Of a DNA stretch of 64,000 nucleotides, positions 1 to 16,868 are shown one piece after another. Position numbers and translations under genes: made by a program. Positions within the stretch are counted from its first letter, which is position 1, and each line of letters starts with the position of its first letter. A model generated the notes under the pieces. That model worked only from the letters and a program-made list of their open reading frames with translations, was not told the DNA's origin and made no database searches. Origin of the DNA: the human T2T-CHM13v2.0 reference genome, Homo sapiens; the NCBI RefSeq assembly GCF_009914755.1, contig NC_060925.1; one strand, written 5' to 3'.

Positions 1-944
1 TGCAAAACATTACTGAGAGAAAGTAAAGCTCTAAATAAATGGAAAGACTCTTAATATTCATGGATTGGAAGACACAATACTGCCAAAACAGCATTTCTTT
101 GAAAACTGACCTATAAATTCCTTATATACCTATCAAAATCCAAACAAACCATTTTGTAGAAATTGAGAAGGTGACCATTTTCATGAAACTGTAAAAGATC
201 TAAAACAATTTTGAAAAGGAAGAATAGAGTCTGTAGATTTATACTACTGACTTTCAAAACTTTTAATATAAAGTCATAGTGATTAAGATGCTGTGACACT
301 GGCACAGGATAGGCATAAAAATCAATGAAACAGAATTGAGAATCCTGAAATAAATCCTTACATGGTCAACTGATTTTCAACAAAGGTGCTTAGACAATTC
401 AACAGAGAAAAAGACTTTTCATAAATGGTACTAAGAACTGGATATTCAGAGCAGGGGGGAAAAATGAACTTAGATCCTTACTTCAAGCCATGCACACAAA
501 TTATTTCAAAATGGATCACAGATCTAAATGTAACAACTAAAACTATAAAAGTTGTAGAAGAAAACAAAGGAGAAAATGTTTTCAACCTGTGGTTGGACAG
601 AGTTCTTATATACAACTCCAAAAGCAAGATCCACAAAAGAAAAAAGTTTGATAAATTGCACTCCATCAAATATTAAAAACTTTTGTATTTCAAAAGACAC
701 ATTGAGAAAATGAAAAGGGAAGCCACTGGGAGAAAATATTTGCTAATCATATACTTGATAAAGGACTTGTATCCAGAATATACAAAGAACTTATAATTCA
801 ATAAAAAGACAACCTTGTTTAGCAATGGTCAAAAGATTCAAATAGAAATATCACCAAAGTGGTATTTTAATATTGATGTTAAATAAGCACATGAATAGAG
901 ATACTCAACCTCATTAGGTTTTAGGGAAATGCAAACTAAAATCA

Positions 945-1433
<489 letters not shown>

Positions 1434-1661
1434 TCACCCACAATAAATACAAAGACTTGTACACATATGTTCACAGCAGCTTAATCTGTAACATCCAAAA
1501 ACTTAAAACAACTCAAATGTCCATCAACTGATGAATGAACAAATTGTGGCATATCAATACAATGAAATACTACTGAGCAATTAAAAGAAAAGAACTACTG
1601 ACACACATTACAGCCTGGATGAACCTCAAACACAGTATACTGAGTGAAAAGGAAAGATATG

Positions 1662-1960
1662 GGCCAGGCATGGTGGCTCACGCCTGTAATTCCAGCACTT
1701 TGGGAGGCTGAGGCAGGCAGATACCTTGAGCCCAGGAATTCGAAATCACCCTGAGCAACATGGTGAAACTCCATCTCTACAAAAAAATGCAAAAAAAGGT
1801 ACCTGGGCATGGTGGCACACACCTGTAGTCCCAGCTACTCAGGAGGCTAAGATAGGAGGATCACCTGAGCCCAGGGAGGTCGAGGCTGCAATAAGCCATG
1901 ATCGTGCCACTGCACTCTATCCTGGATGACAGAATGAGATTTTATCTCAAAAAAAAAGAA
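1662..1960 (+). mobile_element. AluJ
   Basis: Full dimer with A tail. Confidence 0.88.
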
Positions 1961-2402
1961 GAAAGACACACAAAAAAACTACATGTTGTATGATTCTACT
2001 CATATGAAACTTGGAAAAGCAAATTTTATAGTGACAGCTGATCAGTAGTTGCCTAGGGCTAGAAGGAGGAGTAAGGATAAACTGCAAACAGGCACTAGGG
2101 TACTTTTAGGGTAATGTAAATGTTCTAATATTGAACTGTGGTATAGCTTCACAACTCTATAAGCTGACTAAAATTATTGAACTAATCTTAAAGTGGAAGG
2201 ATTTTATGGTATGTAAATTCTACCTTAATAACCTTTAAATTTTTAAAAAGGAAGTATAATGAAGAATAAAAACAAACCAAAAATTACAAAATAACACATT
2301 AAAAACAACGGCAAACTAGCGTCCAGAATATGTAAAGAACACTTATAAAACCATTTTATAAATGTTAAACCTCCCAAACAAAAAAAAACGAATAAAAGAA
2401 AG

Positions 2403-2535
2403 AGCCAGGCACAATGGTGCATGCCTGTAGTCTCAGCTACTCAGGAGGCTGAGCCAGGAGGATCAGGTGAGCCCAGAAATTCGAAGCCAGCCTGGGCAAC
2501 ACAGGGAGATTTCCATCTCTAAAACAAACAAATGG
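2403..2535 (+). mobile_element. Alu monomer (FLAM/FAM-like)
   Basis: Single arm. Confidence 0.8.
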
Positions 2536-3322
2536 AAAACAAAAAATGAATAAACAGGAGTTTTACAGAACAGGAAACATAACCTACAAATATATAAAAA
2601 GATGTTTCTCACTTTAATCAAGAAAATGTTAATTAACATTACAATAAGATACTATTTTAGTCACCAGTTATGCAAAAATGCCTTTGACACAGTTACTTCT
2701 AACAATGTAACCTATAAATCTATTAGTACCAGGCCACCGAGATGTATGCACAAAAATATTTGCTGGAGCACTGTATGAGCATCTGGATTGAAAAAAACCT
2801 ACTCATCCATAAATAGAGTATTAGTTAATTATAGTACATCCGTATACTGGAATACTATGAAGTCATTAAAAAGAAACAAAAACTTATATTCTGATACACT
2901 GCAGTTACCTATTCCATAATACCATTAAATGAAAAAAGCAAGGCGCAGAACAATTGGCAAGTACTATTTATGTTTATATATAAAAACACTCATATATTTG
3001 AACACATATACATATACATGCACATACATATGGTCTAATACATGCTCTGAATATTTCTGGAATATATCATAAGAAATTCCTAACAGTATTTTTCTCTAAG
3101 AGGACTGGGGACCACAGTAGGGACTTTTAGATAGTACATCCTCTTGTACCTTTCAAAGCTTCCCATACTTACACATTATTTTTAAAAAGTTAATACCAAA
3201 TAAATGAAAAATTAATTTAAACCATCTAGGTGAATCAGATGGTTAACCCAACTGAATAATGCTATCTGTACACAAAATCTGTCTCTGAATACACACTGTG
3301 GGCCAAACACTACCAAGATAAA

Positions 3323-4000
3323 GAAATTGAGGCAACAGGGCCTTGGGGCACCTCCAGTCACACACAAATGTTAGAGATCTGTACTGGATGACACTGACAG
3401 AAAACAAGCATTTCAGCACCTACAATTACAGTGTCAGGAGGATAAGAGATTCCTTCCGAGAAAATAAAAATGTAAACGTTCCTGTAGAAACTCAAACCCT
3501 AGAGAATAAAGCCAAAAGAGACCTTACAGTAATTCAGAGTAATTTGTCAACAGGTCCACATTGGCCAACTGACAAGTTCATTACTGAGAATCAAGAGATG
3601 CCTAGGACCCAGGGAGCCCAGGACTAGCCACAAGCCACCACCAGTGGATGCCGGGAACAACCTTCAACATCCACTCTATGCTTGGGATAGGGGCTCCCCA
3701 AACCAGCTTAAAATAGTCTCTTACTCTGCCTGCTCTGTGGGAGCTGATAAACTGAGTCACATTTCCATTCTGTTGCAGACTCAATGAAAAAGGACAGCTG
3801 TTTCTCCTCGGTTCAAGGGTTAGAATGAAAAGCTGGAGCTCACTCAAAATAATGCTGTGTATTACTGTGTCTCCTCTCCACTCCACTACTATTTTGTAGT
3901 TCATGACCATTGTGTACGGCATTTCCAGACTTTGTTTTTTGGTCCTTAACAGTAAACAGAATTGTCTCCCTAAGCCTTTCAACCAGATTAAAAGAAAAAA
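3323..4000 (+). pseudogene. LYRM4 (ISD11) processed pseudogene
   Basis: ORF 3343..3627 contains [35 protein letters not shown] and [14 protein letters not shown], matching LYRM4; intronless; no ATG; ATTAAA 3987-3992 then A-run; possible TSD aagataaa 3315-3322 / 3999-4006. Confidence 0.88.
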
Positions 4001-4104
4001 GATAAATCAATCATCTGGCCCGTTCCTCACTGCAGAAAATCCCTCACATACTTCATAATCTCCTTGATGAAAGTTTGACCTTGAAGATCAAGAATGTAAC
4101 CCAA

Positions 4105-4415
<311 letters not shown>

Positions 4416-6513
4416 AACAGTTTAGTTTGAAAGACATTACAATTTACTATCTACTGGTGTTTCACCACAAAATGTAAGCACCATAGTGTCAGGGCATTTG
4501 TCTTGTTCACTGCTGTCATCTCCTGCAACTAAAACTATGCCTGGCCACAGCAGATAACAGACATTCATTAAATACTTGTTCAATGAATGAATCTTTGGCT
4601 ATCATTGTATCCAAAAATAAAAGAGAAAAAACACGTAGTTTTGTGTATCTTGCTTTAAAATTATCAAGTATTTGTTCTATTTGTCAGAACAGCACAATCT
4701 TGTTAAATATTCTCACATATTCTTTCAGCATTATTTTGTTTCTTGCCAAATTTCTCATGTTATTTTACATTCCCACAGTTAAACATCCTTGAATGTATTC
4801 AATCTTGACAGTAACATTTTAAGACATCAGGAAGATCACAGGTTCAACGTCAAAAATAAAAGCGTCATTTTTAAAAACTGTAATTCAAAAGTACATGTTT
4901 TAATCAACATAGCTGCTAGCACAAAACTACCTAGATCAATGATCACCAAAGTAGGTGGTATTTGGTGCTTTAAAGTGGGTCTTTGAGTCGGGGAGGACAA
5001 AGTAGGCAGTAATTAGGACCATTCACTGAGGTCTGAGAAGAAAATCTTACAACTTTCATTTACATCCATTTTTAGTCTGATTCTTTAATTTCTATTTTTG
5101 AATATATTTTATTATTAATAATATAACATTTACAGAGCACTTATCATGAACCAGGTACTATTCTAAGCAAATGCATTAATTCACTTAACTCAATAATCCA
5201 GTAAGGTAGAGAAAATTATCACTCCATTTTATAAGTGGGAAAACTGAAGTGTAAGAGTTGAATGTTGTTTGTTTTTCAGTGGCTTGATCAACTTCAGGTT
5301 GATAGAGGCAGGTTTTAAATCCTAACATCAGATTCCGCCTTCTTAACCAATAATTATACGGCATATAGTATTTCAGTAGTATATGCATAAATTCACAAAT
5401 AAATACACATTAATGTATTTGAGATGAGAGCGCAAATTGTTCTGTTTTAGGGTTTTTTTTTTTCCCTGTTAGGGATACATAATTAAAAGAATATGGAGAT
5501 CACCGATACAGGAAACACTGAAAGTCTTGCTCCTGTATTTAAGAACATAATTATTATAATGATTCCTCTGATTCCACAAGACCTATAAGAATGATAGTAT
5601 TATTTTATAAGCCATCTTTAGTCCTACCAAGTAGGCAACTGTCTCTAGTAGTACTTGTCCTCATTTTGGACATTATATATATATTCCTGGAAAGTTGTTT
5701 AAATAAAAAACAACTGTGAATTCACTTATAATTCTAAAGAAAAAAAATGATCCCAAGATACAACGACACTTGAGTATACTGAAACTGATAATAAAACAAT
5801 AGACATTCCTTCGAATGCACATATCTAATTCTCCTTAATAAGCAATGCAAGAAGAGCCAGTTATATGCATCTAAGTACTCTTTACATAACAGTATTCCAG
5901 GCATAAAAACTCAGGCTTAATTTTCATTTAACTGAGAATTCTCCATAGCTACTGGCAATAATAAGGCTATGGCTAAAAAGAGCACATGCCTAAGCAACAC
6001 AGCCAACTTATTTTTAGAGTAGCCCAGACCTAATTTGATAGAGTTTGTAATACCAGTTTCAAAGTCCTCAATTTTATCTTTTATACAATATTTTTTCATA
6101 AATGTTTATTTGTCTCATTATTTAAGAAAAAATAAACCTGGATCTGAAGTTAGCAATGAAAATAAAAGCAGTGACTGGTCTGGGTGGATTAAACTATTGT
6201 GAAAACAAAATTATAATACATAAAAAATACATAAATCTAAGATAATAATAAAAATGAGGAAAAAGAAGTAGGTAGAAGAAAGCCTTAACAAATATATCAA
6301 GGGTTGGGGGGATTGCTAGTCATATCTTATCTGAGATAATGCTGTCAGAACTAAATTTTAGAATTTGATTTAAGCCTGCCCTACCAGACCTTTAAATTCT
6401 AGCAATGGACTCCAAATCATAGCTCAGACTCCAACAGTATGAAGTCAGAAATCCTAGCCAGGCCTGAGAGCGTAGGAGACACAAGTAGAAGAATGAATAA
6501 AAACGGAAAGGCT

Positions 6514-6812
6514 GGCCGGGCGTGGTGGCTCAGGCCTGCAATCCCAGCACCTTGGGAGGCCAAGGCAGGCGGATCACTTGAGGCCAGGAGTTCGAGACCA
6601 GCCTGGCCAACATGGCGAAACCTCACCTCTACTAAAATTGCAAAAAAATTAGCTGGGTGTAGTGGCACATGCCTGTAATCCCAGCTACTCAGGAGGCTGA
6701 GGCACGAGAATCACTGAACCCAGGAGGCAGAGGCTGCAGTGAGCTGAGATTACACCACTGCACTCCAGCCTGGACAACCGAGCAAGACTGTCTCAAAAAA
6801 AAAAAAAAAAAA
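6514..6812 (+). mobile_element. AluS
   Basis: Full dimer, A tail. Confidence 0.9.
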
Positions 6813-7073
6813 AGGAGAGGTTGAGTAGAAATAAGTGAGGTTTAAACAGACTGATGTCAAGATTTTAGAAATTACAGTGACTCAAGAAATATATAGTGCA
6901 TATATTTCCTGTACACATAGATACTAGATATTCAGTAATGTATTTATCTAATACACTACCTACTACTTAACAACTGACCAAAGAATAAATGAACTTTTAA
7001 AAGATGTGAAATGTTTGTATGCTAATAGGTTGCTATATTTTTTCCCAGAACAAGTATTAGTTAATTTGGCTAC

Positions 7074-7202
7074 CTTTGTTCCTGAACCAGGGTGGCTGGT
7101 ATTTTTGGCAGATATCGAATGAGGGAAGGTATTCTGGAATGCAAATGCAGAGGAGACAGGATAACCAATCCCACAGGTTGGGTAAGTCAGTCTACCATCA
7201 AC
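7074..7202 (-). CDS. SASS6: SASS6 exon 14 ([14 protein letters not shown]...PGSGTK); gene continues left of window
   Basis: AG/GT flanks, 129 nt; cumulative CDS 1674 nt with no stop. Confidence 0.92.
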
Positions 7203-7919
7203 CTAAAAATAAAAACATAAAGATGATTAAAGATGATAAATTAATTCTAAATAGTATTTGTTGATCAGGTGGCATTAGCATCTGTTATAATAACTAATAA
7301 TTAAGAGAGCACTATCTCAGACGCCAGTCTTGTTTATCATGCCACACAACTCTGCTTTATTATCTACCATGGGGCTAGGATAACTTTGAACTAGAGGGCT
7401 TTTCAAGGTAGGTGTGCAAGCTTGGATAAAACAAACTACTGGGCCTGCCTTTGTACTAAGTTAAAGCCAAGCTTCTGAACCAACTTGTTTCACTCTAAGT
7501 CTCCTAAAAAAGGGGGGAATGGGGGAGTCTGGAGATCAATAGGCCAATCAGAGATAAAATAAAACTAATTTTCTGTCAGACTGCATAAAAACAAGATCAG
7601 TGTTCTTAAATGGACTAATTGAGACAGTAATTGGTTTTGCCACTAATTTTCAATATACTGGCACCACACATTAACCAACGTTATGAAAAAGTTTATTTTT
7701 ATACTGAGACCAGTTGTAACAGAAATCTTGAGAAGCATTTGTGCACACTAATGGATGCACACAAAAAAACACCTTTCACACAGCTATCATCAGTCATTCA
7801 AATTTTAAGCCGGACAAAAAATCTTTTTTAAGTTTGTAATTCAGCCCCAGGCACTTCTTTCTGCACCCTTCTCCAATTTAACAGCAATCTTTCCCCTTCT
7901 TTAGACATCCCGTACTCTG

Positions 7920-8885
<966 letters not shown>

Positions 8886-8925
8886 CCCTTTTTTCTCAGG
8901 TTAAAAAAAAAAAAAAAAAAGCAGG

Positions 8926-9085
8926 GCTGGGCACAGTGGCTCACAGCTATAATCCCGGCACTTTGAGAGGCCGAGGTGGGAGGATTGCCTGAGCCCAGGA
9001 GGTCAAGGCTGCCATGAGCCATGATCCCACCACTGCACTCCAGCCTCGGCAACAGAGTGAGGTCTTGTCTCAAAAGAGAAAAAAA
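8926..9085 (+). mobile_element. Alu monomer / recombined AluJ
   Basis: Left-arm start joined to right-arm end. Confidence 0.8.
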
Positions 9086-9366
9086 TCTGGTCCTGGGAGC
9101 TAGAAAGTTTATATCTCATAACCAGTTTCTTGTAGAATCTAAAGGTGACAAGCCTGCTAATAGGACTTTTTTCTTTTTTACTTTCTTTTCTTTTTCTGAT
9201 AGAATTCAGTTTAGGCTTAAGCCTAAACCCTGAATTCTCTCTTCTTCAAGTCTCCTAAATGTTTTACGTTATGTGTTTTCAAGTTTTTCAGTATATTTGG
9301 TATTACTTTAGTTAGCATTGAAAGATTTCAATATCCAGTCAAGACTTATAAAGAAGTGTGCTCTTG

Positions 9367-9789
<423 letters not shown>

Positions 9790-9885
9790 TCAGCACCTTA
9801 AATCATGGAAACTTCCTAACAATCTGGAAATACTTTTGTTTCAGGAAATTCACTAAGATCACTCACATCTTGTTTTAAATCTTAC

Positions 9886-10022
9886 CACATTCAGGTTAGG
9901 AGAAATTCCACTTCTGATTGTGTTGCTGCTGGAATGTGCAGGCGGAGTAGTAGAAGGTCCCAATACATCTTGCTTTCTCACTAGCTGATTTTCATTTAGT
10001 TCTTTATTTAACCACGTGATTA
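9886..10022 (-). CDS. SASS6: SASS6 exon 13 ([14 protein letters not shown]...SPNLNV)
   Basis: AG/GT flanks, 137 nt; conserved WLNK motif. Confidence 0.94.
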
Positions 10023-10683
10023 CTTAAATAAAAGAACAAGAAGCAAGGTAAAGAATATTGACTGTTTATTTTTCTAATCATCTTAAACATTTAAAAATTA
10101 TATTAAGATTTTTAAATTATAAGTTTTTACAACTACCTGACATCACAGGAGAGCAATATAGGTTCACCTAAATTTTTGTCATTAAAGTTTCTTATTTTAG
10201 AAGCTGCCACATAGGACTCCTTATTGTATTACTTTCCGAAGCACATATTTCTGCTAGTCAAGCAACTCTTTGAAAGATTTCACTTCTAGAATATCTTACA
10301 GTTTACTTAAAATTCACAATCTTATGTATGATACCCAGTAGTATAAACTGAGAAAATGTTAGTTAAAATCTTATTTTTATGTTTTGTTTTCAAACAATTC
10401 ATATTGTTATTATTAGGTAAACACAGCTATTAAAAAAAGGAATAATGAAGAATTTAAACAATAAATTACAGTCAACATTTTCAACAGTTTTAATTGTGGG
10501 TTACTGACCTATGGGATATGGTTTTCTTTATAAAGATGATAACTCTTTTACTGGGCAGATGATATAAATTTATTATAGAAAAGGCATTAAGACAGTATAT
10601 TTAAAGCAGAAATTACTTATATATTGGCCAATGTCTACTTTTATGAATTCGAATAAAATTTTCAGGTTAAGAATAAAACTACA

Positions 10684-11005
<322 letters not shown>

Positions 11006-11030
11006 TTACATTAACACGTAACATACTTAC

Positions 11031-11112
11031 ACTTTTCATTATTTTTTAGAAGTTGTTTGCTTTCTTCAAGTTTTTTAACTGTAGCTTCTAATTGTTCTTG
11101 TAATTTGCATAC
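11031..11112 (-). CDS. SASS6: SASS6 exon 12 ([27 protein letters not shown])
   Basis: AG/GT flanks, 82 nt. Confidence 0.94.
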
Positions 11113-11492
11113 CTGAAATATATCAATCATCACAATAAGTCAAGCAAAATAAAGGTTAAATAAAAACTGAAGAATGTATTATTATTAACTAAATAATTAC
11201 ATAAATGGTTACTACTACTATTATTAAATGAGAATAAAGGAATTAGCTCAATTATGTAATAAAATATTTACATGTGTATACAAACATAGACATACATGAG
11301 CAATCAAGGTATCTGAATCATGATAACTAACTTTCCAAACTGAAACAGGTTATTACCATCTACTCAATCTAGTCATGTTCTTTTGTTAAAAAAAAAAACA
11401 AGACCAAAGCCATTTGTTAATGTAACAAAGCATAAATTTTTAAAACGAGGAAAAAATTTAGTTACAACATAAAAATTTAAAATATTAACTAC

Positions 11493-11672
11493 CTCTTGCT
11501 CTTTAATTCGAAGAGACTGTCCAACATCTTGTAATTCCTTTTGTTCCTTTTGTAATTTTTCCTCCTTCTCAGCCAAGAGTTTTTCTTGCTGAATAGTAAC
11601 TGTATTCTTCAATTTCAACTTACCCATTAAAGTTTTCAGATCCCCTTGTAACTTCTTGATAATTTCATTTGC
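11493..11672 (-). CDS. SASS6: SASS6 exon 11 ([23 protein letters not shown]...KEQE)
   Basis: Overlaps ORF 11373..11627; AG/GT flanks, 180 nt. Confidence 0.95.
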
Positions 11673-11746
11673 CTATAAAAGAGCTTCATATGTATATTTC
11701 TATGTAATTTAATGAAATACTAGTCTATAAAATTTTTAAAACAAAC

Positions 11747-11836
11747 CTTCAGAAGTTCTGCAGATAATGATTTTATTGTAGCTTCAAGCTTTCCTAGTTG
11801 TACTTGATTTTTCTCACCATTTTCTTCTAAAACCAC
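11747..11836 (-). CDS. SASS6: SASS6 exon 10 ([30 protein letters not shown])
   Basis: AG/GT flanks, 90 nt. Confidence 0.94.
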
Positions 11837-11928
11837 CTGATATATTTTTTAAAAACATGAATAATTAGGGCATTTGTGTTTACTTATAAATATGATTATC
11901 AATTTCTGAGAAAAATTTAAAAGTAGAC

Positions 11929-12123
11929 CTTTTGTTCCTGGATTGTATCAAATGCCTCTTTTGTTCTTAAAACAAGCTGGTCCTTATCCTTGATTTCCTG
12001 TTCTAAAACTGCCACTTTTGTTTGTAGCTGATTAACGTGCTTTTCTTTCTCGTGGCATTCAACATCTAGTGTAGAATTCTCTCTTCGCAAAGAGAGGACT
12101 TCTTGCTTAGTCCGCTGTAGCTC
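11929..12123 (-). CDS. SASS6: SASS6 exon 9 ([15 protein letters not shown]...IQEQK)
   Basis: AG/GT flanks, 195 nt. Confidence 0.94.
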
Positions 12124-13606
12124 CTAGAATGGGAAAAGAAAGAAATTAAGCATTATGAAAAAAGGAAGCTGCCTCATCTGGTTATTTATAATTAAGATGT
12201 CTAACATATTAAAAAAAAGTCTTTAATAATTTTAAAGTTTTAGTACAGATTTTTTTTTAAAAGCATAAATGTCTTTCTAATGGTATAGTAGCATATATCT
12301 GGAATATAATTGTAAAATATTCTACTATCTGATTCAATCATATCAAGGGAAAATAATTCTAATTTATGAATAAATTACAGTAACTTTAAAACTTTTAACA
12401 ATAATTTTCTGATGTCTCCACAACTGATTCCAAGGGTAACCACGGGTGAGAGCCGCCACAATGTAGACTTAACATTTTTCTTTGTTGCTTACATGTACAG
12501 ATTGTTTTTTAAAGGTTGATACTCTGCAGTTTATAATCTACCTTCTTCACGTATTACAAATATCTTTCTATGTCAATAAATGTTAACATTTCCAGATCTC
12601 TCTGTTCACTCTTTCAAGCAAAATAAACAATAATTGTTCATTAAAAATAGATTTTTAAAAAATCTACAATAGATCTCTTCCCAATCAGCTAATATCAACC
12701 CAAATGCTGCTGGTATATGAAAGCCCAGGATACAATATTCCTAGATAGTTTTAGTTCTTAACCAAAGTTTCCAAAAATAATTATACAGTATTGTGACTAT
12801 AGTGGTTTTAGGAGCACAAACTTTAGTATCAAACAAAATTCAAATCCTGGCTCTTCTACTGTGTGATCTTGGTAATTACTGAAACTCCCTAAATTAAATC
12901 TCAGTTCCCTCATTTGTAAAACAGAAATAACAAATACTTAATAAATTATTTCATTTAACCTTCATAAAAATCCTTACGTAAATTGCCTAGCATTTTGGCT
13001 GGCACACAGTAAAACTCAATAAATGGTAGCAATTGTTATTTTTAGGACACTAATGCCTAAAAATTGTTACTTAAAATAGGTAACTGAATACTCAGCAGTT
13101 AAAAAAAAAAGCTCCAAGAACTAACAATTTGCAAGTCTTATGAAAATCTTGGAGGAAATATTTTCATTAGATCATATAAAAATCAATGCAATGAGGTTGT
13201 TTATATAATGACCAGTTCCAGGGCTGAGAATAATGAAATCAGAGCATTATACTGAAGCATTTAGACTACCAATGTACCATGAAGGTTCAAATGCTTTACA
13301 ACCAGTATGAAGAGTGTATGCAGGAAAAACAGAAGACATCTATTATTGGGGCAAAACAATATGAGGATCTGAACACAAAATTGGTCAGGCTTTAGAGCTT
13401 CTAAGCATGAGACTGGTAAAATAGAGTTTGAAGTCTTGTGAGCTAGAATAACACTGGTAACTTTGGTATTTAAATATAGACAAAATCTACATATATTTTC
13501 TAATAATTCATATGACAATAATATATAATGCTACAAAGAAGCCTGTAATCAATGTCAAAGCAACAACAAATGTGGCACTATAGCAAGATTTTAAAAATTT
13601 CTGTGG

Positions 13607-13738
13607 GGCTTAATACCCAGGTGATGAGTTGATAGGTGCAGCAAACCACCATGGCACATGTTTACCTATGCAACAAACCTGCACATTCTGTACATGTATC
13701 CTGGAACTTAAATAAAATAAATAAAATAAAAAATAAAA
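13607..13738 (+). mobile_element. 5'-truncated L1PA 3' end
   Basis: gcagcaaaccaccatggcac...aacctgcacatt...acttaaa plus A-rich tail; TSD aaaaatttct. Confidence 0.85.
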
Positions 13739-14410
13739 ATTTCTCTGTTGCCTGAAAGAACAAGGTAGTATTAAAGATAGTCAAATAATAGATGAGTTCT
13801 AATCCTTGTTCTTCCACTCCTTGACTATGTGACCTTAGGCAACTTATTTAACCTTTCTGTGCCTTAGTTTCATCATCTGTAAAATAGGGCTAATAATAGT
13901 TCCTACCTTAAATAACTGTTGTAACAATAAAATGAGTTAATATATGTAAAGCACTTCAAACAGTACCTATCACATAGAAAATGCTCAGTAAGCATTAACT
14001 ATTATCTTTACTATTACCATTATCATTATTATTACTAGATACTAAATTCACATAATTGTTTGATATATGTTAAGCAGGTTGAGGAAAAAAAACCCCAGCC
14101 CTGTCAACACAGTACCCTATGAAATACAGGTGCTGTGTTACTATTAAAAACATATTGATAAATCTGACAGCTGTGCCAGTAATCTGCTCTCAAGACCCTA
14201 ACTAAAAATATTCAAGCTTACCTCAGTTCTGTTATGAATTATGCTTTTTATCAAATTTCAAATTCTCAATTTTCTTTGCATTGTCTGAATGGATACCCTA
14301 ACACCACAAGAGCATCCAGAGGAACACCACCCACACAAGTAACCACATTAAAATAACCAAATCAAAACGTTCTCTTAAATTGGGGGAGGAAAAAAAACAA
14401 CATTCAATAC

Positions 14411-14602
14411 CTCTTCAACACCAGAAAGTTTTGCTTTAAGTTCTCTAATAGTGGAGTCTCCTTTATATTTTCTTTCGGTTAAGTCTTTATTAGCCGCTTC
14501 TAACTCAGACAGTCTGTTTTGTAGCTGGTGGATGTTTTGTTGATGGAGGATTTCTAAATCTTTTTTCTGTTGTTCATGCTGCTGTTGATATTGAACCTGT
14601 GC
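14411..14602 (-). CDS. SASS6: SASS6 exon 8 ([14 protein letters not shown]...LSGVEE), coiled coil
   Basis: AG/GT flanks, 192 nt. Confidence 0.94.
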
Positions 14603-16868
14603 CTATGATACAATAAAAATACAGTACCAAAATTCAAAGAAAAAAATCAGAAATACAAATACAGAAAGATTTGAACAAAAAAAAATTGTAATTTCTTATT
14701 TTTTCTTTTTCTTTTTTGTCTTAATTTTGTCATCTTTCTTTAGATCCCCATTCTGAAAAGGGTCTATTTTCAATTATGAATTTCATGACGGAGAAAGCAA
14801 GGTCAACAAAAGCAAATTTACCACCATGATCTTGTTCATAATTTTTGCTTCTTCTAAATCCATATATGTTTAGGTGCAACAGTCTTCAAGTTAAGGGAAG
14901 ATGCTATATAAGTTAAAAAAGCAAACTGCAAATACTGTATACAGGATGAACCTACTTGTGTATTAAAAAAAAAGCAGATTTTTGCTTTAAACACCATCAC
15001 AGTGTTTCAGTTTTTAATAATAAATACTCGTATATATGCTTTATAATGGAAAAACACCTAAAATTGTAAAACGAGCAAGGTTGGTTCATTAGTCCAATCT
15101 TATAGTCATTTTTACCAACAATAAAATTTGAACATGGTTATAACTGTGCAATATTTAGTGCCTGTCTGAATCGTATCACAAACCTATCTTAGTAACTTTT
15201 GTTAACGAACACTATGAAATCCTAAATATCTTTTGAAAATAAAGCATATTTTTGTGGTTATCAAAGTTATACATGCTCTTACAGGCAAAAAGGAAACACA
15301 AATAACCCATAATCCCATCCAGAAAAATCACTCCTAATATTTAGGAGTACTCTCTTCCACTCGTTTATATACTTATATTGACATCCACATAAACACACAA
15401 TATACATATTAAATTTAATGAATGAATATCAAACTATTTATACAATTTAATCACACTTTTTAATCCCTTAGCATTTGCACCTTCTCACATCATTAAAAAA
15501 TTCTTTGTAAAGTCTTTAATAGCTACACAACATTCCATCCATGGTTACTCCATAATTCATTTAACTTCTGCCCTATTACGGACATTTAGTTCCCAATTTT
15601 TCACAATTATAAATAAAATGATGATTTTTTTTGCACAGACATACATCTAAAATTCAGATTATTTCTTTATGATCAATTATAGAATAAAGAATATAAACAA
15701 ATATAAAGCTTGATGCAAGTTCCAAAACTGTATCCCAGAGAAGTTATACCCATTCAAAAGTCTTAGCACTAGTACAGGGGAGTGTCTCTCTCATAAAATA
15801 CCTTAGGAATTTTACATTACTACTTCAGGAATTTCCTCATTTTCAGAAAGCTGAAAAGGAGAGGAGAAGGAGCAAAAAGAGATAAAACAGGAAGCAGTCC
15901 ATATAAAATTGAAAATGCCATCTTGGAAGAAAACATTGAAGAAGCAACCAAGAAGAAAAATCAGAGCAAACTGGTAAAGATGCTAACTGTAACTGTCTAA
16001 GAGAGTAATCAAAGACACTAAAGACAATAGAGGCCAAAAGCAGTGAAAATAAAGAACTGGTTTTTATTCCAGTGCTCATCAGAACCTTGGAGATTTTTGT
16101 TTAAAAAAAAAGTGTGAGAACTAGCATTATAAAGTTCACATTTTCTACTTTGTTCCCTTCTGAATCATTTCATTATTTTTAGAAAAAAATACATTAAAAA
16201 TTTTCCATTCTGGAGGAAAAAAAATAATCATTGGAAGGACAGTTTCAAAATAATAGAGTCTAACAGAAAAGGGAGAATTTGTAGAGGTGGAAGCAATATT
16301 TTTCAAATGAATATTCTATAGAGGCTTAAATCAGAAAAGCACACAGTAGTTTTGGAAGAATATTAGATGAGAAAAATGTTTTGGGAATGGAATAATAATG
16401 ATATGAATGGGAAAACAAAAATTAATAAAAAATTCTATGAAGAAGTGATGAAATATAGAAGTCAGAATTAAGAAAATAATACAATAAATAGAAGGAAGAT
16501 GGGTGATTCTACGTGTTGCTAGGACTTTCCTCACAGAAAAAAAGCTTCTACAAAGAAATTAGTGTAGAAACAATTCAGATTACTCAGTATATTTTTTTAA
16601 ATGGAGGTATAAAGAAAACATGAGAAATAAGTGTAAACATAAAGAGAAATAAAAAATGCAAGAATCAAATTTGCCCTATTAAAATGCCTTAAAGATAACA
16701 CAGGTTTAATGTCCACTTGAATAGATAAGTGACAAATATAGATAATACAGCCATTATTCCCTATAACATTTGTAGAAACCATCAGTAATAATAGAAGGCA
16801 GTTTACCTGCCTCAGCAGATTTCTATATAGTCACAAAATTGGCCTAATTTGAGAAAGAGCACACTATG

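Noticed and set aside
3602-3982. 126-aa minus-strand ORF
   Set aside because: Antisense of the LYRM4 retrocopy 3' UTR, non-ATG start, no recognisable domain.
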